NCBI GenBank assembly: GCA_049644685.1
Contig: JBARSJ010000116.1
Span: 5,622-69,621, forward strand
Direction of reading: 5' to 3'
Length of the DNA: 64,000 nt
Origin: Anaerolineales bacterium
GTDB lineage: Bacteria; Chloroflexota; Anaerolineae; Anaerolineales; UBA11858
Part shown: one piece after another, positions 17,174 through 28,540 of the stretch
Layout: each line of letters opens with the position of its first letter
How positions within the stretch are numbered: the stretch's first letter is position 1
Notes under the pieces: model-generated
What the model saw: the letters and a program-made list of their open reading frames with translations, nothing else
The model's database searches: none
Told to the model about the DNA's origin: nothing
Translations under genes and position numbers: made by a program

Positions 17174-18100
17174 TTAGCGGGAAATGGAATCGATGTTGAT
17201 ATATTTCTCCCAATAACGCTTGATGCCGTCAGCAGACATACCAGAAGGATTTGCTTTCTCGAACGAATCCAATGTGACCTCATTTACTCCCAGAGTTATG
17301 GATCGGTTACGCGCCCACTGGCCAAATTCCTCCCGAAGTTCATTTACTGGAAGGTCCAGCGGGATCGTTTTATTCATCCATTCTTCAGCTGCATCCAGTT
17401 CCTGTAATACTGTGTCCAGGTGCCAATCGACATCATCAAAAACACCAAAGTGAGTCGGGGCGATTTTTGATATCCTTTCATTCTTTAATCGCTCGATGGA
17501 TTTTCGCCACTTCGGAGGATGAAATTCCGGCGGAGGCATGGGAACACGCAAATGACGGGAACCCAGGTTACTGATCCGGACACCACCTACATCCCCGCTG
17601 AAGCAAATATCATCCACTAAATATGCCATGTGATGATTGGCATGGCCGGGAGTATCCAGGGTACGGAAATTGTAAGAACCGATGGATATTTCATTTCCAT
17701 CTGTGAGGGAAGTCAGTTGACCCTTGGGAACAGGCAAAAAATCACCCCAGAGGATATCCATCTGGTCCTGGTAGATCCGGGTCGCACTGGCAATCAGCCG
17801 TGAAGGATCAAGCAGGTGAGGTGCACCTCGTTCGTGGACATAAATATGGGCGCCGTGTCCGGCCAGCCACCCAGCTGCCCCGGCGTGATCAAGATGGATA
17901 TGGGTGAGTAGAACATGGGTGATTTCCTGCAGATCATATCCAAGGTTATTCAGATTTTTCTGCAGCTGCATTTGGGTTGACCCCGGACCGCTTTCGATCA
18001 GAATTATGCCTTCCCGGTAGGGGATTAGATAACTGGCGATGGCGTTTTTACAATTTTGAAAGTTAAGATCCAGGGTAATAAATTCAGGTGAGAAGGTCAT
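17174..18100 (-). CDS. MBL-fold metallo-hydrolase
   Basis: THIHLDHAGAAGW (HxHxDH) and downstream His/Asp ligands (TPGHANHH). Confidence 0.85.
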   Translation of the reverse strand: MTFSPEFITLDLNFQNCKNAIASYLIPYREGIILIESGPGSTQMQLQKNLNNLGYDLQEITHVLLTHIHLDHAGAAGWLAGHGAHIYVHERGAPHLLDPSRLIASATRIYQDQMDILWGDFLPVPKGQLTSLTDGNEISIGSYNFRTLDTPGHANHHMAYLVDDICFSGDVGGVRISNLGSRHLRVPMPPPEFHPPKWRKSIERLKNERISKIAPTHFGVFDDVDWHLDTVLQELDAAEEWMNKTIPLDLPVNELREEFGQWARNRSITLGVNEVTLDSFEKANPSGMSADGIKRYWEKYINIDSISR

Positions 18101-18345
18101 GGTTATTTTCCAATTGGTGTTATTTGGTTTTTTATTCTAACATTTTTGCGGGTATTTCACGAATGGATTTTTTCAATATGAACACCAGCTAGCAGAATTT
18201 AAGGTTCACCCTTGCTTAAGAAAGATGGAGGAGGAAATATGTCATCCACCTGATTTGATTTATATCGGCTCCAATTATGACGAAGGTGCTACCTTAACAA
18301 AAACCAAGACCCTAAAAAGTTAAGGTTGATATCGCTTTTGGTGGG

Positions 18346-18374
18346 TTGCTAGATCAGTATTGGTATGCTAGAAT
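18346..18374 (+). promoter_or_regulatory. candidate nrdJ promoter (TTGCTA-N17-TAGAAT)
   Basis: TTGCTA at 18346-18351, 17-nt spacer, TAGAAT at 18369-18374. Implies a ~120-nt 5' UTR. Confidence 0.5.
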
Positions 18375-18501
18375 ACCACCACTCAACCAGATATAAGGCT
18401 TAATGTACACGGCACCCGCACAGGTGGGGGTTATTTAAGAAACAAGTTTTATATTCCTGCTTGAGTATTTTATGTCTTGTATTCTTTTTTGGGAGACCTC
18501 A

Positions 18502-21042
18502 ATGGTGAAAAACGTCGATCCTCAAGTTCAAATTCAAGGTGTTAAAACACTTCCTTCCCTTCCCGCTGGAGCTCTTGAAGTGGATTTGTCTGATAACGCG
18601 CTTGAGGTATTTAAACGACGTTACATCAGAAAGGGGGAAGATGGCAAGCCAATAGAATCCAAAGAGGAGACATTCTGGCGGGTTGCTTATAACATTGCCG
18701 CAATTGAGGAAAATTGGGGAGGAAATGTAGCAGATACTGCGGAACGCTTTTACAAATTGTTGGCAGAAAAAAGATTTCTTCCAAATTCCCCGACATTTAC
18801 CGGAGCAGGAACCCCTTTAGGACAGCTGGCTGCATGTTTCGTACTCCCGATCAGCGACGATATGGGGAAATGGAGTGATGGAATATTTCAGACTCTGCGG
18901 GATGCGGCATTGATTCAACAAACAGGGGGAGGTAATGGTTTTTCTTTTTCCCGACTTCGACCAGCCAAATCCCTGATAAAAGCTTCTTCTGGCCATGCCA
19001 CTGGACCAGTCGGTTTTCTGAAAGTCTATGATAAAGCTTTTGGGGAAATAGCTCAGGGAGGAACCCGCCGGGGAGCAAATATGGCAGTTCTCCGGGTAGA
19101 CCATCCAGATATTGAGAATTTCATCACCTGCAAAACCGATGAAACAGAGATTACCAATTTTAATATCTCTGTTGGTATCACCGATGCATTTATGGAAGCT
19201 GTGCTGAATGATGATTGGTGGGAACTTCGTTTCCCGGACGTTAAGTATCCTGCCTATAGAGAATTCAGTGGAACCCTCGATCAGGCTGAGGCTGAAGGCA
19301 TTCCGATTATCGTTTATAGAAAAATCCGTGCCCGGGACCTGTTCGATAAAATAGTTTATCAATCGCACCATAATGGCGAGCCGGGTTTGTTGTTCCTTGA
19401 TCAAGCAAATCGTGAGAATCCAATTCCTCATCTTTATGAATTGGAAGCCACCAATCCCTGTGGAGAGCAATTTCTTGGTCCATATGAAAATTGCTGTTTA
19501 GGATCAATTAATCTCAGCCAACACTATTTACCTGACGGCACGCCAGATTGGGAATCCCTGCAGAGCAGCGTTCAGACGGCAACCCGATTTTTAGACAACG
19601 TTGTAGATGCGAATGCCTATGTGCCTACAGTACCACAATTAAAAGAAGGGGCTTTCAGGGCAAGGCGAATCGGTTTAGGCATTATGGGGTTGGCGGATTC
19701 AATGTACCGCGCAGGCGTCCGCTATGGTTCTGCTGAGGGTCAGATATTTGCGGCCCAGGTAATGGAATTTATCCGTTATCATGCAATGCTTTCCAGCATT
19801 AAACTGGCAGAGGAAAGAAGTCCATTCCCGGCGATTAAAGGCAGCCTCTATGATCCTGATAATCTCACCTGGAAAGTTCCGGAAGCCATTTTAAGTGGAA
19901 AAAATGAATGGAACCGCCCAGAACTGGATTGGCAGCTCATCAATGATGGTATTAAAAAACATGGAATCCGAAATGCCGCCCAGACTACTGTAGCCCCAAC
20001 CGGAACCATAGCTACCATTTCCGGGTGTGAAGGGTATGGCTGTGAGCCAGTGTTTGCCCTGGCTTACACCCGTCATGTTGTTGAAAGTGATGGAGAGTTG
20101 GACTTGACTTACACCAGCCCTTTATTTGAACAGGCACTGGAGGAATCAGATTTATCCCCGGAGCTGAAAGAAGAAATTATCAACTCAACCATTGAAAGTG
20201 GAACCTGCCAGGATATAAGCTCACTTCCTGAACAGATTCGGAATACATTTGTGGTCTCGAATGATATATCCGCAGAGGAACATGTCCGGGTTCAGGCAGC
20301 ATTACAAGCGTTTGTTGACAACAGCATTTCCAAGACAATCAACTTCCCATCCTCTGCAGGTCCAGAGGATGTTGCTCAAGCATACATATTGGCCTGGGAA
20401 TTAGGTTGTAAAGGGATAACGGTCTATGTAACAGGGTCCAGAGACAAAGTGGTTCTGGAAACAAAATTGTCAGCTGGCGAACCTGAATTGCTTGATGCCC
20501 AGAAGCAAATCCAGAAATGGCAGGCTACCAAGAAACCCCGACCCCGGCATCTCGAGGGGTACACCTACAGCATTCAAACGCCATTAGGGAAGACTTTTGT
20601 CACTATCAACGAAAATGGCGATCAGCAGCCCTTTGAGGTATTTATCAATACAGCCAAAGCTGGGTCGGATACTGCTGCGGTTTCTGAGGCTATCGGGCGT
20701 TCCTTATCCTACATCTTACGCATGTCTTCTCCCATTCCGCCCCGGCAAAGGCTGGAGGAGATTTTCCATCAGTATGCTGGAATTGGAGGTAGGCGCCCAT
20801 TAGGATTTGGTCCAAATCGGGTCAGGTCACTGCCAGACGGTATTGCCCAGGCTTTGCGGGAATACCTGGAAAAACCCGGGTTGGAACTCCAGGAAGACAG
20901 TTTGGAAGAGATCGAAGTTGAGATCAACAAACCTGAAAGTTGGATGGAAGTTGGGGATTTATGCCCGGAATGCGGCCAAGCTGCCTTGGTAAACGAAGAG
21001 GGCTGCCGAAAGTGTTATTCCTGTGGATATAGTGAGTGCTGA
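18502..21042 (+). CDS. nrdJ: adenosylcobalamin-dependent (class II) ribonucleotide reductase
   Basis: ATG at 18502 after [82 protein letters not shown]-terminal CPECG...CRKCYSCG zinc ribbon. Confidence 0.92.
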   Translation: MVKNVDPQVQIQGVKTLPSLPAGALEVDLSDNALEVFKRRYIRKGEDGKPIESKEETFWRVAYNIAAIEENWGGNVADTAERFYKLLAEKRFLPNSPTFTGAGTPLGQLAACFVLPISDDMGKWSDGIFQTLRDAALIQQTGGGNGFSFSRLRPAKSLIKASSGHATGPVGFLKVYDKAFGEIAQGGTRRGANMAVLRVDHPDIENFITCKTDETEITNFNISVGITDAFMEAVLNDDWWELRFPDVKYPAYREFSGTLDQAEAEGIPIIVYRKIRARDLFDKIVYQSHHNGEPGLLFLDQANRENPIPHLYELEATNPCGEQFLGPYENCCLGSINLSQHYLPDGTPDWESLQSSVQTATRFLDNVVDANAYVPTVPQLKEGAFRARRIGLGIMGLADSMYRAGVRYGSAEGQIFAAQVMEFIRYHAMLSSIKLAEERSPFPAIKGSLYDPDNLTWKVPEAILSGKNEWNRPELDWQLINDGIKKHGIRNAAQTTVAPTGTIATISGCEGYGCEPVFALAYTRHVVESDGELDLTYTSPLFEQALEESDLSPELKEEIINSTIESGTCQDISSLPEQIRNTFVVSNDISAEEHVRVQAALQAFVDNSISKTINFPSSAGPEDVAQAYILAWELGCKGITVYVTGSRDKVVLETKLSAGEPELLDAQKQIQKWQATKKPRPRHLEGYTYSIQTPLGKTFVTINENGDQQPFEVFINTAKAGSDTAAVSEAIGRSLSYILRMSSPIPPRQRLEEIFHQYAGIGGRRPLGFGPNRVRSLPDGIAQALREYLEKPGLELQEDSLEEIEVEINKPESWMEVGDLCPECGQAALVNEEGCRKCYSCGYSEC

Positions 21043-21119
21043 CCCCCGGGATTTTGATCAGCAGCAAGAGATTTTCCAGTTAATCCAATTTAACCTTTAA
21101 GACAAGAGGGCGGCAGATT

Positions 21120-21878
21120 ATGACCACCCCGACTATTGAATTAATCCATCACCATGGTTCAGTCCGAAACTACAAACCGGATCCCATTCCGGAAGGCTGG
21201 ATTGAACAAATCGTGGCTGCTGGGCAGAGGGCTTCCACTTCTTCAAATTTACAGACATATAGCGTAGTGGTAACCACTGACCCGGAAAAGAGACAAAAAC
21301 TTGAGGAAATTAGCGGGGGTCAGAAGCATATTTCCCAGGCGCCTGTATTCTTAACCTGGTGCGCGGATTTCAGCCGCTTAAAGCGTGTTTGTAGAAATCA
21401 AGGTTATGACCTGGAAGCCGGTTATGTGGAAAACTTTATTGTTGGGACAGTGGATGCCGCGATTGCCATGCAGAATGCTGCTCTGGCGGCAGAGTCGCTG
21501 GGGCTGGGATTCTGTTTTATCGGCGCGATCCGCAATGCCCCAGGACAGGTTATTGATTTATTTCAGCTACCAAAATTGGTTTATCCTGTTGCAGGGATGA
21601 CCCTGGGCTGGCCGATTGATCCACCAACCATCCGTCCCCGGCTGCCAATCGGCGCTGTGCTCCATTGGGAATCCTACCAACAAAAGGATAAGCAATTGCT
21701 GGAAGATTATGACCAGGCGATGATTGATAGTGGAATTTATCGGGGAAGGCAGATCGGAAAAAAAGATCAGGAACCGAAGTTATATGGATGGATGGAACAT
21801 TCTGCCAGACGATCCTGCAAACCTTCCCGACCGCATCTGCGGGAATCGATTATCCAGTCCGGGTTTTTATTAAAATAG
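21120..21878 (+). CDS. NADPH-dependent nitroreductase-family oxidoreductase (NfsA-like)
   Basis: HHGSVRNYKPDPIP...QRASTSSNLQTYSVVV...FIGAIRN pattern of the NfsA/FRP group. Confidence 0.85.
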   Translation: MTTPTIELIHHHGSVRNYKPDPIPEGWIEQIVAAGQRASTSSNLQTYSVVVTTDPEKRQKLEEISGGQKHISQAPVFLTWCADFSRLKRVCRNQGYDLEAGYVENFIVGTVDAAIAMQNAALAAESLGLGFCFIGAIRNAPGQVIDLFQLPKLVYPVAGMTLGWPIDPPTIRPRLPIGAVLHWESYQQKDKQLLEDYDQAMIDSGIYRGRQIGKKDQEPKLYGWMEHSARRSCKPSRPHLRESIIQSGFLLK

Positions 21879-21943
21879 TGCTGAGGTGAATTGATTTTTC
21901 TTCTTTTAGAGAAGAAAAAATCCTGCATTAAAGGAGATTTGGA

Positions 21944-22375
21944 ATGGGAGCTGAAATCCAGAGGCCAAGCTGGGATGAATATTTCATGAATATCGCTAAT
22001 GAAGTGGCTAAACGGAGCACCTGTGAAAGAGCTCAGGTTGGGGCGGTTATTGTGAAAGAAAAACGAATTCTTACCACTGGGTATAACGGCAGTCCCCGGG
22101 GATTGCCGCATTGTTCTGAGGTGGGTTGTTTAATGGACAACGGACATTGTGTACGAACCTTGCACGCTGAACAAAACGCGATTATTCAAGCAGCCTTGCA
22201 CGGCATTATCACAGAAGGGGCAACTATTTATGTCACTCATCAACCCTGCTTCTTATGCGCAAAAATGATCATCAACGCTGGATTGGTCAGGATTGTATAT
22301 GATAAAGAATATCCCGATGATCGGTCAAGGAATTTTTTAGAACAGGCAAATGTTGAGTTGACTCTGTTAGTCTAG
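21944..22375 (+). CDS. deoxycytidylate (dCMP) deaminase
   Basis: WDEYFMNIA..VAKRSTC.R.QVGAVIV, HAEQNAI and PCFLCAKMIINAG zinc-ligand motifs. Confidence 0.9.
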   Translation: MGAEIQRPSWDEYFMNIANEVAKRSTCERAQVGAVIVKEKRILTTGYNGSPRGLPHCSEVGCLMDNGHCVRTLHAEQNAIIQAALHGIITEGATIYVTHQPCFLCAKMIINAGLVRIVYDKEYPDDRSRNFLEQANVELTLLV

Positions 22376-22699
22376 GTGGGTTGATTTTTTAATCGAATTC
22401 AGACTATGTATGGAGGAAATTCCTTAGCACACCCGTCTTGATTGAATTTTATCCAGGCCGGGAAAGCATCTTTTTTGTTAGTCAACCATAATTCGGCCTT
22501 GGGGAATAAAGATACACAATCAGAAATGGCGCTATACCCCGGCGCCATTTTTCCGTAACTTGAAGCGAGTTTTTGGTTTTAGACAATAAGAATGAGTGTG
22601 TTTTACCTTTCTTCTAATTTAAGATAGAAAACCTGTTTTCCAGAGGAATAAACCTTTATAATAGAACTATCCCACATATTTATTAGCGGATGGTATGGT

Positions 22700-23614
22700 A
22701 TGGAAAATCTGGAAAAGAAAATAAAAATTATGGCCAATGACCTGGTAGATGAATTAATCAAATCCCTTGGATTTAGGCAAGATGGATTAATGAGACCGTT
22801 CTTAAAACCACTGGTCTGGAAGCCAATGGTACGCTTTTCAGAATTAGCAACAAAGTTTGATTACAGGGTTGTGAACGAAGGCTTTCAGAGGGCATCTGCC
22901 TGGTTAATCTCTCAATTTGTAGATCGGGTTAAAGCAATTGGGACGGAAAATCTGCCCGCCGAAGGACCTCTGGTAATTGCTTCCAATCATCCCGGTGCCT
23001 ATGATGCACTGGTAATCGCGGCTAATTTGCCCAGAGATGATTTAAAAATAATTTCCTCTGATATACCTTTTCTAAAAAAACTTCCGGTTACCAGCAACCA
23101 TATGATCTTTTCTGCCCCGGATATCCATATCCGGATGGGTGTTGTCCGGCAAGCAATTCGGCACCTTAAAGATGGGGGTGCCTTGTTAGTATTTGCCCGG
23201 GGTTCCATAGATCCTGATCCCGCTTTCATGCCTGGATCAGAAAAGGAACTAACCCACTGGACATCTAGTTTGGGACTCTTCCTGCGAAAAGTTCCCCAAG
23301 CCAAATTGGCAATCACTCTTGTCAGTGGAGTCTTGGCTTATGAATACATCAACCATCCTGCGACAATATTCCGCAAAGGACGAGTGAATAAACAAAGGTT
23401 GTCAGAGTTTTTCCAGGTGATGAACCAGCTGTTGGTTCCCGGAAAACTAATGATTTCACCAAACTTGTCTTTTGCTCCTACTCTTACCTTGGAAGATCTG
23501 GGTAATTACCAAGACCTCAAAAAAATCTCCGGGGAAATCATCAAGCGGGCTCAGGAACACTTTGATTACCATTCATCCCAGCTGCTGACTCATTTGAGAG
23601 TAAATTCCGTTTAA
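22700..23614 (+). CDS. lysophospholipid (PlsC-family) acyltransferase-like protein
   Basis: IASNHPGAYDAL (HX4D motif) and FARGSIDP (block III-like). Confidence 0.7.
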   Translation: MENLEKKIKIMANDLVDELIKSLGFRQDGLMRPFLKPLVWKPMVRFSELATKFDYRVVNEGFQRASAWLISQFVDRVKAIGTENLPAEGPLVIASNHPGAYDALVIAANLPRDDLKIISSDIPFLKKLPVTSNHMIFSAPDIHIRMGVVRQAIRHLKDGGALLVFARGSIDPDPAFMPGSEKELTHWTSSLGLFLRKVPQAKLAITLVSGVLAYEYINHPATIFRKGRVNKQRLSEFFQVMNQLLVPGKLMISPNLSFAPTLTLEDLGNYQDLKKISGEIIKRAQEHFDYHSSQLLTHLRVNSV

Positions 23615-23644
23615 CTTCTTTAGTATTATCCTTACATTCAAAAA

Positions 23645-23679
23645 CCCCCGGAGATGGAAATCTCCAGGGGTTCATTTTT
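23645..23679 (+). terminator. intrinsic terminator
   Basis: CCCCCGGAGAT-GGAA-ATCTCCAGGGG (one mismatch) followed by TTCATTTTT. Confidence 0.6.
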
Positions 23680-23760
23680 GGTATCCAGTTATTTCATCTT
23701 ACCCGGATGGGATTAAATAAACAGTTCATCCAGGAAATTGTTAACAAGTTTATTAAACCC

Positions 23761-24333
23761 TTATTGTTTTCTTTTCAACCAGCGGAAAAAGGCAGCTGCC
23801 CCAAAACAGAAATACCCCAGAAAACTCAACAAGATTAATCCCCATTTTAATCCGGAAAAGATCGCTGCCAGAAGGGCGATTCCTGTCCATTGAGCAGGAT
23901 AGAGGTACATCACCAGGGACGCGGCAGAATTCTCCAGGTAATCGAAAAGGCCAGCTGTGATAGGGAAAAGATTGGCAAACTGCCACACCTTTTTAGTTGG
24001 GGAGAGTTGTTTTAAAAACCAGCTGATGCCAGTGATGAGAAATCCTACATAAACTAAGGGAAAGACCAGGTCAAAAGTCCAGCGGGCATAGATATACGCC
24101 TGCCTTCCATCTGGACCAAAAATTTCTGCCATTTGATAGATTTCAGCGGGGGTATAGAGCAGGGATGTGTCAGGAATTTCTGACCCCCCGGTATTTTCTA
24201 GAGAAATCTTTGCTTGAGCAGGGAGTACCAGGATGGTGAATAATAACATAATAACCAGGGATCCCATCACCATCCATCCGCTTGATTTCTGTTGGACCCA
24301 ATTTGAAAGATGAGTTAGCATGATTGTTCTCAC
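23761..24333 (-). CDS. hypothetical membrane protein
   Basis: 190-aa ORF with about 5 TM helices and no recognised motif. GTG start at 24333, or ATG at 24321. Confidence 0.6.
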   Translation of the reverse strand: MRTIMLTHLSNWVQQKSSGWMVMGSLVIMLLFTILVLPAQAKISLENTGGSEIPDTSLLYTPAEIYQMAEIFGPDGRQAYIYARWTFDLVFPLVYVGFLITGISWFLKQLSPTKKVWQFANLFPITAGLFDYLENSAASLVMYLYPAQWTGIALLAAIFSGLKWGLILLSFLGYFCFGAAAFFRWLKRKQ

Positions 24334-24401
24334 TTGCTGGTTATTGATTGCTTAATTAACTGCTCCCTCCTGAAAGATCCAATGAGGAGCGATGAAAGGG
24401 G

Positions 24402-27125
24402 TCAGGTCAGATCTTTCAGGTTATCCAGCTGATCTTTCAGCGTTGCAGCCGTTTCTTTATAACCGGCAAGTTTATCTTTTTCGTTATTGACCACATTTTC
24501 TGGAGCCTTCATGGCGAAAGCACTCGAGAGCAGTTCCTCCAGGCGTTTAATCTGATTTTCTGTCTCTGCCAACTCAATCGACAACCGCTTTTCTTCTTCC
24601 TTCAGATCAACCAATCCGCTGAGGGGAAGATAAATTTCAACAGGTCCTACAACCAGGGCAATTTGCCCCGCGGGTATTTCATCAATTGCTTCATGGATGA
24701 TTATTTGATCATGATCCAAATGCGCCAGGGCTGCTAGGCTGTAGCTTGATGCTTCTAGTGTTGAGGTGTACTCTCCACTTGAAAATGTAGCAGGTATTAA
24801 TTTTCCGTATTTCACACCTTTTTCTGCCCGTAAGTTGCGGATGGTTCTGACAATGTCCTGGTAGAGTTCAAAATCTTTCCGCTGCGGTGCTTCCCAGTCT
24901 TCAATCGGCCGTGGTTCAGGCCAAGGAGCGATCATTAAAGCATCTGGCCATTCTCTCAATCGATCTTGATAGGGGGAGTTTAAAACTGCATCTTTCAGAT
25001 GTTGCCAAAGTTCCTCAGTGACGTACGGCGTGAAAGGATGCAGCATTCGCATAGTCATATCTAAGACCTTGATCAATGTTTCGATGGTGTAATAAGCCCG
25101 ATCGCCTCCCTGGGAAATCTGTTCTTTGGCAATTTCCAGATACCAATCCGCGTATTCACCCCAGAAGAATTCATAAATATAGCGTCCTGCTTCTCCATAC
25201 TGGTGATTGTTGAAGAGCCGATCTACATTGCGGATCAGATCCTGCAGCTTAGCCCAGATCCAGGAATCCGCCAGGGTCCAATCTGGATCTCCTTCAGGCT
25301 GCTTTGGAGCATGTTCCAGCGTGCCAAGCACAAACCTTCCAGCATTCCACATTTTGTTGGCAAAATTACGGTTTGCCTCCACCTTTTGTAAACTGAGGTT
25401 GGTCTTTTGACCGGGAGTTGATCCTACCATCATTGTAAAACGGAGGGCATCAGTTCCCATCTCATCCATAATTCCGATCGGATCAATGACCTTCCCCTTG
25501 GTTTTTCCTTTGGTCCTGCTCATTTTTTGGCCTTCTTCATCCATGACTAATCCATGCAGGTAGACCAGAGAGAAGGGTATTTTATCGGTTAGTTCCAGAC
25601 CCATCATAATCATCCGGGCGACCCAGAAGAAGAGAATATCAGTACCTGTTTCCATCATGGTTGTCGGGTAAAAATATTCCAAATCGGGTGTTTTTTCCGG
25701 CCAGCCAAGAGTGGAAAAGGGCCACAATCCAGAGGAGAACCAGGTATCCAGTACATCCGGATCTTGCTGAATTTGGGAACTGCCGCAGTGTTCACAGGTT
25801 GTGGGATCCTGGCGAGCAACAGTGATTTCATTACAGTCAGCGCAGTACCAGACAGGAATTCGGTGTCCCCACCATAACTGCCGGCTGATGCACCAATCGT
25901 GAATATTTTCCATCCAGTTGTAATAAACTTTTTTAAACCGCTCGGGAATGAACTCTATCCGTCCATCCTTTACTGCTTCGAGGGCTTTTTCTGCCAGCGG
26001 AGAGATGTCCACAAACCACTGGGTGGAGATCATAGGTTCAATAATCTCGCCTCCTCTCTGCGCCCGTGGAATCTGGTGGATGTAAGGCTCCTCTTTGATA
26101 ACGAGATCGGCATTCTTCATATCCTGCCAAAGATTCTCGCGGGCGACAAAACGATCCTGTCCCTGGTAAGGGCCGCCTACCTCAGTCACTTTGGCTTTTT
26201 TGTCCAGCATTGAAATCAATTCCAGGTTATGCCTGAGACCAATCTGATAATCGTTTGGATCATGTCCAGGCGTGATCTTTAAAGCGCCGGTACCGAATTC
26301 AGTGCTTACATATTCATCCCCGATTACAGGGATTTCACGGCCAAGTATGGGAACCAGTACAGTTTTGCCAATGAATTTCTGGTATCTTTCATCCTCAGGG
26401 TGGACAGCAACTGCAGTATCACCGAGGATGGTTTCTGGTCGGGTAGTAGCGACCGGGATAAATTGCTCGGGATCTTCAGCTAGTTGATATTTAAAATAGT
26501 AGAGGTTTCCCTGTTCTTCAGTGTGTTCCACTTCCAGATCGGACACAGCTGTTTGCAGCGTTGGCGACCAATTGATCAAGCGCGGCCCGCGGTAAATGAG
26601 GCCTTTCTCATAAAGATGAACAAAGGCTTCGCGGACTGCCCTGGAAAGTCCCTCATCCAAGGTAAACCTCTCCCGATCCCAGTCACAGGACGCACCCAGG
26701 CGGCGGATTTGTTCTATGATTAAACCGCTATGCTCTTCCTTCCAGTTCCAGGTTTCTTCCAGGAATTTTTCCCGGCCGATTTCCTCCCGGCTGGTGCCCG
26801 CTTCTTTTAATTTCATCTCTACTTGGAGCTGGGTGGCGATCCCGGCATGATCAGTTCCAGGAACCCAAAGAGTGGGAACTCCTTTCATGCGTTGATGACG
26901 GATCATCAAATCTTCCAGGGTGACAAAAAGTACATGCCCCAGATGCAATTTCCCTGTCACATTAGGTGGAGGGATGCTGATAACATACGGTTTTTGTTTG
27001 GGATCATGCCCTGGCAGATTGGGGTCATTGGTAGGTTTAAAGTATCCCTTCTCTTCCCAAAATTTATATAATCGCGCTTCGGCAGCTTTGAAATCATAAG
27101 TTTTTGGCAGCATAGACATCTCCAT
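24402..27125 (-). CDS. valS: valine--tRNA ligase
   Basis: PPPNVTGKLHLGH (HIGH), KMSRTKG (KMSKS-like), CISRQLWWGHRIP, and a C-terminal coiled coil. Confidence 0.97.
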   Translation of the reverse strand: MEMSMLPKTYDFKAAEARLYKFWEEKGYFKPTNDPNLPGHDPKQKPYVISIPPPNVTGKLHLGHVLFVTLEDLMIRHQRMKGVPTLWVPGTDHAGIATQLQVEMKLKEAGTSREEIGREKFLEETWNWKEEHSGLIIEQIRRLGASCDWDRERFTLDEGLSRAVREAFVHLYEKGLIYRGPRLINWSPTLQTAVSDLEVEHTEEQGNLYYFKYQLAEDPEQFIPVATTRPETILGDTAVAVHPEDERYQKFIGKTVLVPILGREIPVIGDEYVSTEFGTGALKITPGHDPNDYQIGLRHNLELISMLDKKAKVTEVGGPYQGQDRFVARENLWQDMKNADLVIKEEPYIHQIPRAQRGGEIIEPMISTQWFVDISPLAEKALEAVKDGRIEFIPERFKKVYYNWMENIHDWCISRQLWWGHRIPVWYCADCNEITVARQDPTTCEHCGSSQIQQDPDVLDTWFSSGLWPFSTLGWPEKTPDLEYFYPTTMMETGTDILFFWVARMIMMGLELTDKIPFSLVYLHGLVMDEEGQKMSRTKGKTKGKVIDPIGIMDEMGTDALRFTMMVGSTPGQKTNLSLQKVEANRNFANKMWNAGRFVLGTLEHAPKQPEGDPDWTLADSWIWAKLQDLIRNVDRLFNNHQYGEAGRYIYEFFWGEYADWYLEIAKEQISQGGDRAYYTIETLIKVLDMTMRMLHPFTPYVTEELWQHLKDAVLNSPYQDRLREWPDALMIAPWPEPRPIEDWEAPQRKDFELYQDIVRTIRNLRAEKGVKYGKLIPATFSSGEYTSTLEASSYSLAALAHLDHDQIIIHEAIDEIPAGQIALVVGPVEIYLPLSGLVDLKEEEKRLSIELAETENQIKRLEELLSSAFAMKAPENVVNNEKDKLAGYKETAATLKDQLDNLKDLT

Positions 27126-27158
27126 TCAGGTTAGGGTGATCAAATTTTATTGTTCCGA

Positions 27159-28529
27159 TTATGGTATTACTATTGGTGTTATTGTCTGGTAAATGAGCCC
27201 GCCATCGATGGTATGAACAAGGGCGATATCACCATCACGCCGGGCAACAGCCCAACCTTCTTTGGCGCTGATAAAACTGAATTGCCCCTGCCAGGTGACA
27301 GTTTTAATCCTGGTCCAATCCGCACCGCCGTTATTGGATTGATAGTGATCTTTTCCAAGAGCAAATCCGGTTAGAAAATCAATAAATACAAGCTCGTCAA
27401 CTGGGGAGGGCAGGACAGCGGCTTGCCAGCTTTCACCCCAGTCGCTTGTAGCGAAAATATAGGTACTGGGATTATCCATATTAAAGGACTGGTTGTCTGC
27501 ATCATAGAGGAAACATTGAGCCAGGAGCAGTCCCGTTAGGGAGGAAGTAAAGGTAGGTTTGATGGTTTGGCAGCTTTGAGGGTTTTCTTCCCAAGAGTTT
27601 CCGTCAGGATGGGGGAGGAAAATTACCTCCCAGGTTTTGCCACCGTCCCGGGTCTGTTCAATAAAGGGTCCGAGTCCGCCCCCCAGACTATCTTTAGTGA
27701 CCCAGCCGTCATTTTCGTTGGCAAATGCCATTCCGGTGTTTAGATATACTTCAATCATACTGTTGCCTGGGCGGTTGATCAGTTTCCAGTTTGCTCCTCC
27801 ATCCCGGGTAGAAAACAAGTAAGAAAAATCATGCATGTGAGATAGCTCAGTTTGTACCCACAGCCAACCAATCTCTGGAGTGATAAACGAAAAACCGCCG
27901 GGATTTGCGTAAATTTGACCCAATGGAAATGGCAGCGGATCACTTGGAATCCAGGTCAGTCCACTATCTTTTGTTCTCCAAACAAGATAGTTTGAATCAT
28001 TCAGGCTATCTTTTGTAATATCGATTAAGACCCAGGCAGTGTTTTCATCATAGAAATGGGCAATAATATTGTCAATATTCCGCTGGAATTCGGATGGAAC
28101 CAGAATGGGTGGGGTTCGATCCTGCCAGCTGCGACCACCATCGAGAGAGAAAAGGATGTAGTGGAATTCATCATTTTGCCCTCCGATAGCCCACCCTTTT
28201 TCTGTAGTAGCCATCTTGATTTGTTGAATAGAAACATACTTGCCGCTTTTCAAATCAGGTAGAGCTTGATAGGTAAAAGCAAGCTGTGTGGGATGAGCCT
28301 CTGGAGATGGAGATAAAGAGGGCGGTAAAAAATCAGGCGTGGGAGATGGTATCTCATCAACGTCCAATCCGGGTGTCTCTGTCAGTGAAGGAGAATTGGA
28401 TACCTCAATTGTCCAACTAGCTAGCAGCGAGCTGTTCCCTTCCTCAAAAAGGTCAGGAGTTACCCCGGCTGATTGGCAGCCTGTGAGGATAACAATCATG
28501 ATAATTAGCAAACCAAGCTGTTTACCCAT
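27159..28529 (-). CDS. BNR/Asp-box repeat (Ycf48/sialidase-like beta-propeller) lipoprotein
   Basis: Lipobox ILTGC. Pro/Ser-rich linker. Repeated SxDxGxxW units: SLDGGRSW, TKDSGLTW, STRDGGANW, QTRDGGKTW, TSDWGESW, SNNGGADW. Confidence 0.8.
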   Translation of the reverse strand: MGKQLGLLIIMIVILTGCQSAGVTPDLFEEGNSSLLASWTIEVSNSPSLTETPGLDVDEIPSPTPDFLPPSLSPSPEAHPTQLAFTYQALPDLKSGKYVSIQQIKMATTEKGWAIGGQNDEFHYILFSLDGGRSWQDRTPPILVPSEFQRNIDNIIAHFYDENTAWVLIDITKDSLNDSNYLVWRTKDSGLTWIPSDPLPFPLGQIYANPGGFSFITPEIGWLWVQTELSHMHDFSYLFSTRDGGANWKLINRPGNSMIEVYLNTGMAFANENDGWVTKDSLGGGLGPFIEQTRDGGKTWEVIFLPHPDGNSWEENPQSCQTIKPTFTSSLTGLLLAQCFLYDADNQSFNMDNPSTYIFATSDWGESWQAAVLPSPVDELVFIDFLTGFALGKDHYQSNNGGADWTRIKTVTWQGQFSFISAKEGWAVARRDGDIALVHTIDGGLIYQTITPIVIP

Positions 28530-28540
28530 AGCAGTGCCTT

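Noticed and set aside
18101-18501. Possible NrdR boxes or a cobalamin riboswitch upstream of nrdJ, and the direct repeat TGCTAGA...TGCTAGA.
   Set aside because: No 16-bp NrdR-type palindrome and no B12-box were found. The TGCTAGA repeat resolves simply as the -35 (TTGCTA) and -10 (TAGAAT) of a 17-nt-spaced promoter.
18817-19470. 217-aa ORF antisense to nrdJ.
   Set aside because: It lies entirely within a well-supported conserved gene on the opposite strand and has no motifs. Typical antisense open frame.
22408-22572. A short frame (MYGGNSLAHPS-TGA-LNFIQAGKASF...) that could be read through a UGA as a small selenoprotein, prompted by the presence of selC.
   Set aside because: There is no Cys/Sec redox motif (CxxU or UxxC), no SD, no obvious SECIS-like hairpin directly after the TGA, and the peptide is not protein-like. 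The 325-bp intergenic region 22376-22699 also holds a 9-bp hairpin (AAATGGCGC...GCGCCATTT, 22524-22550), which I leave unassigned.
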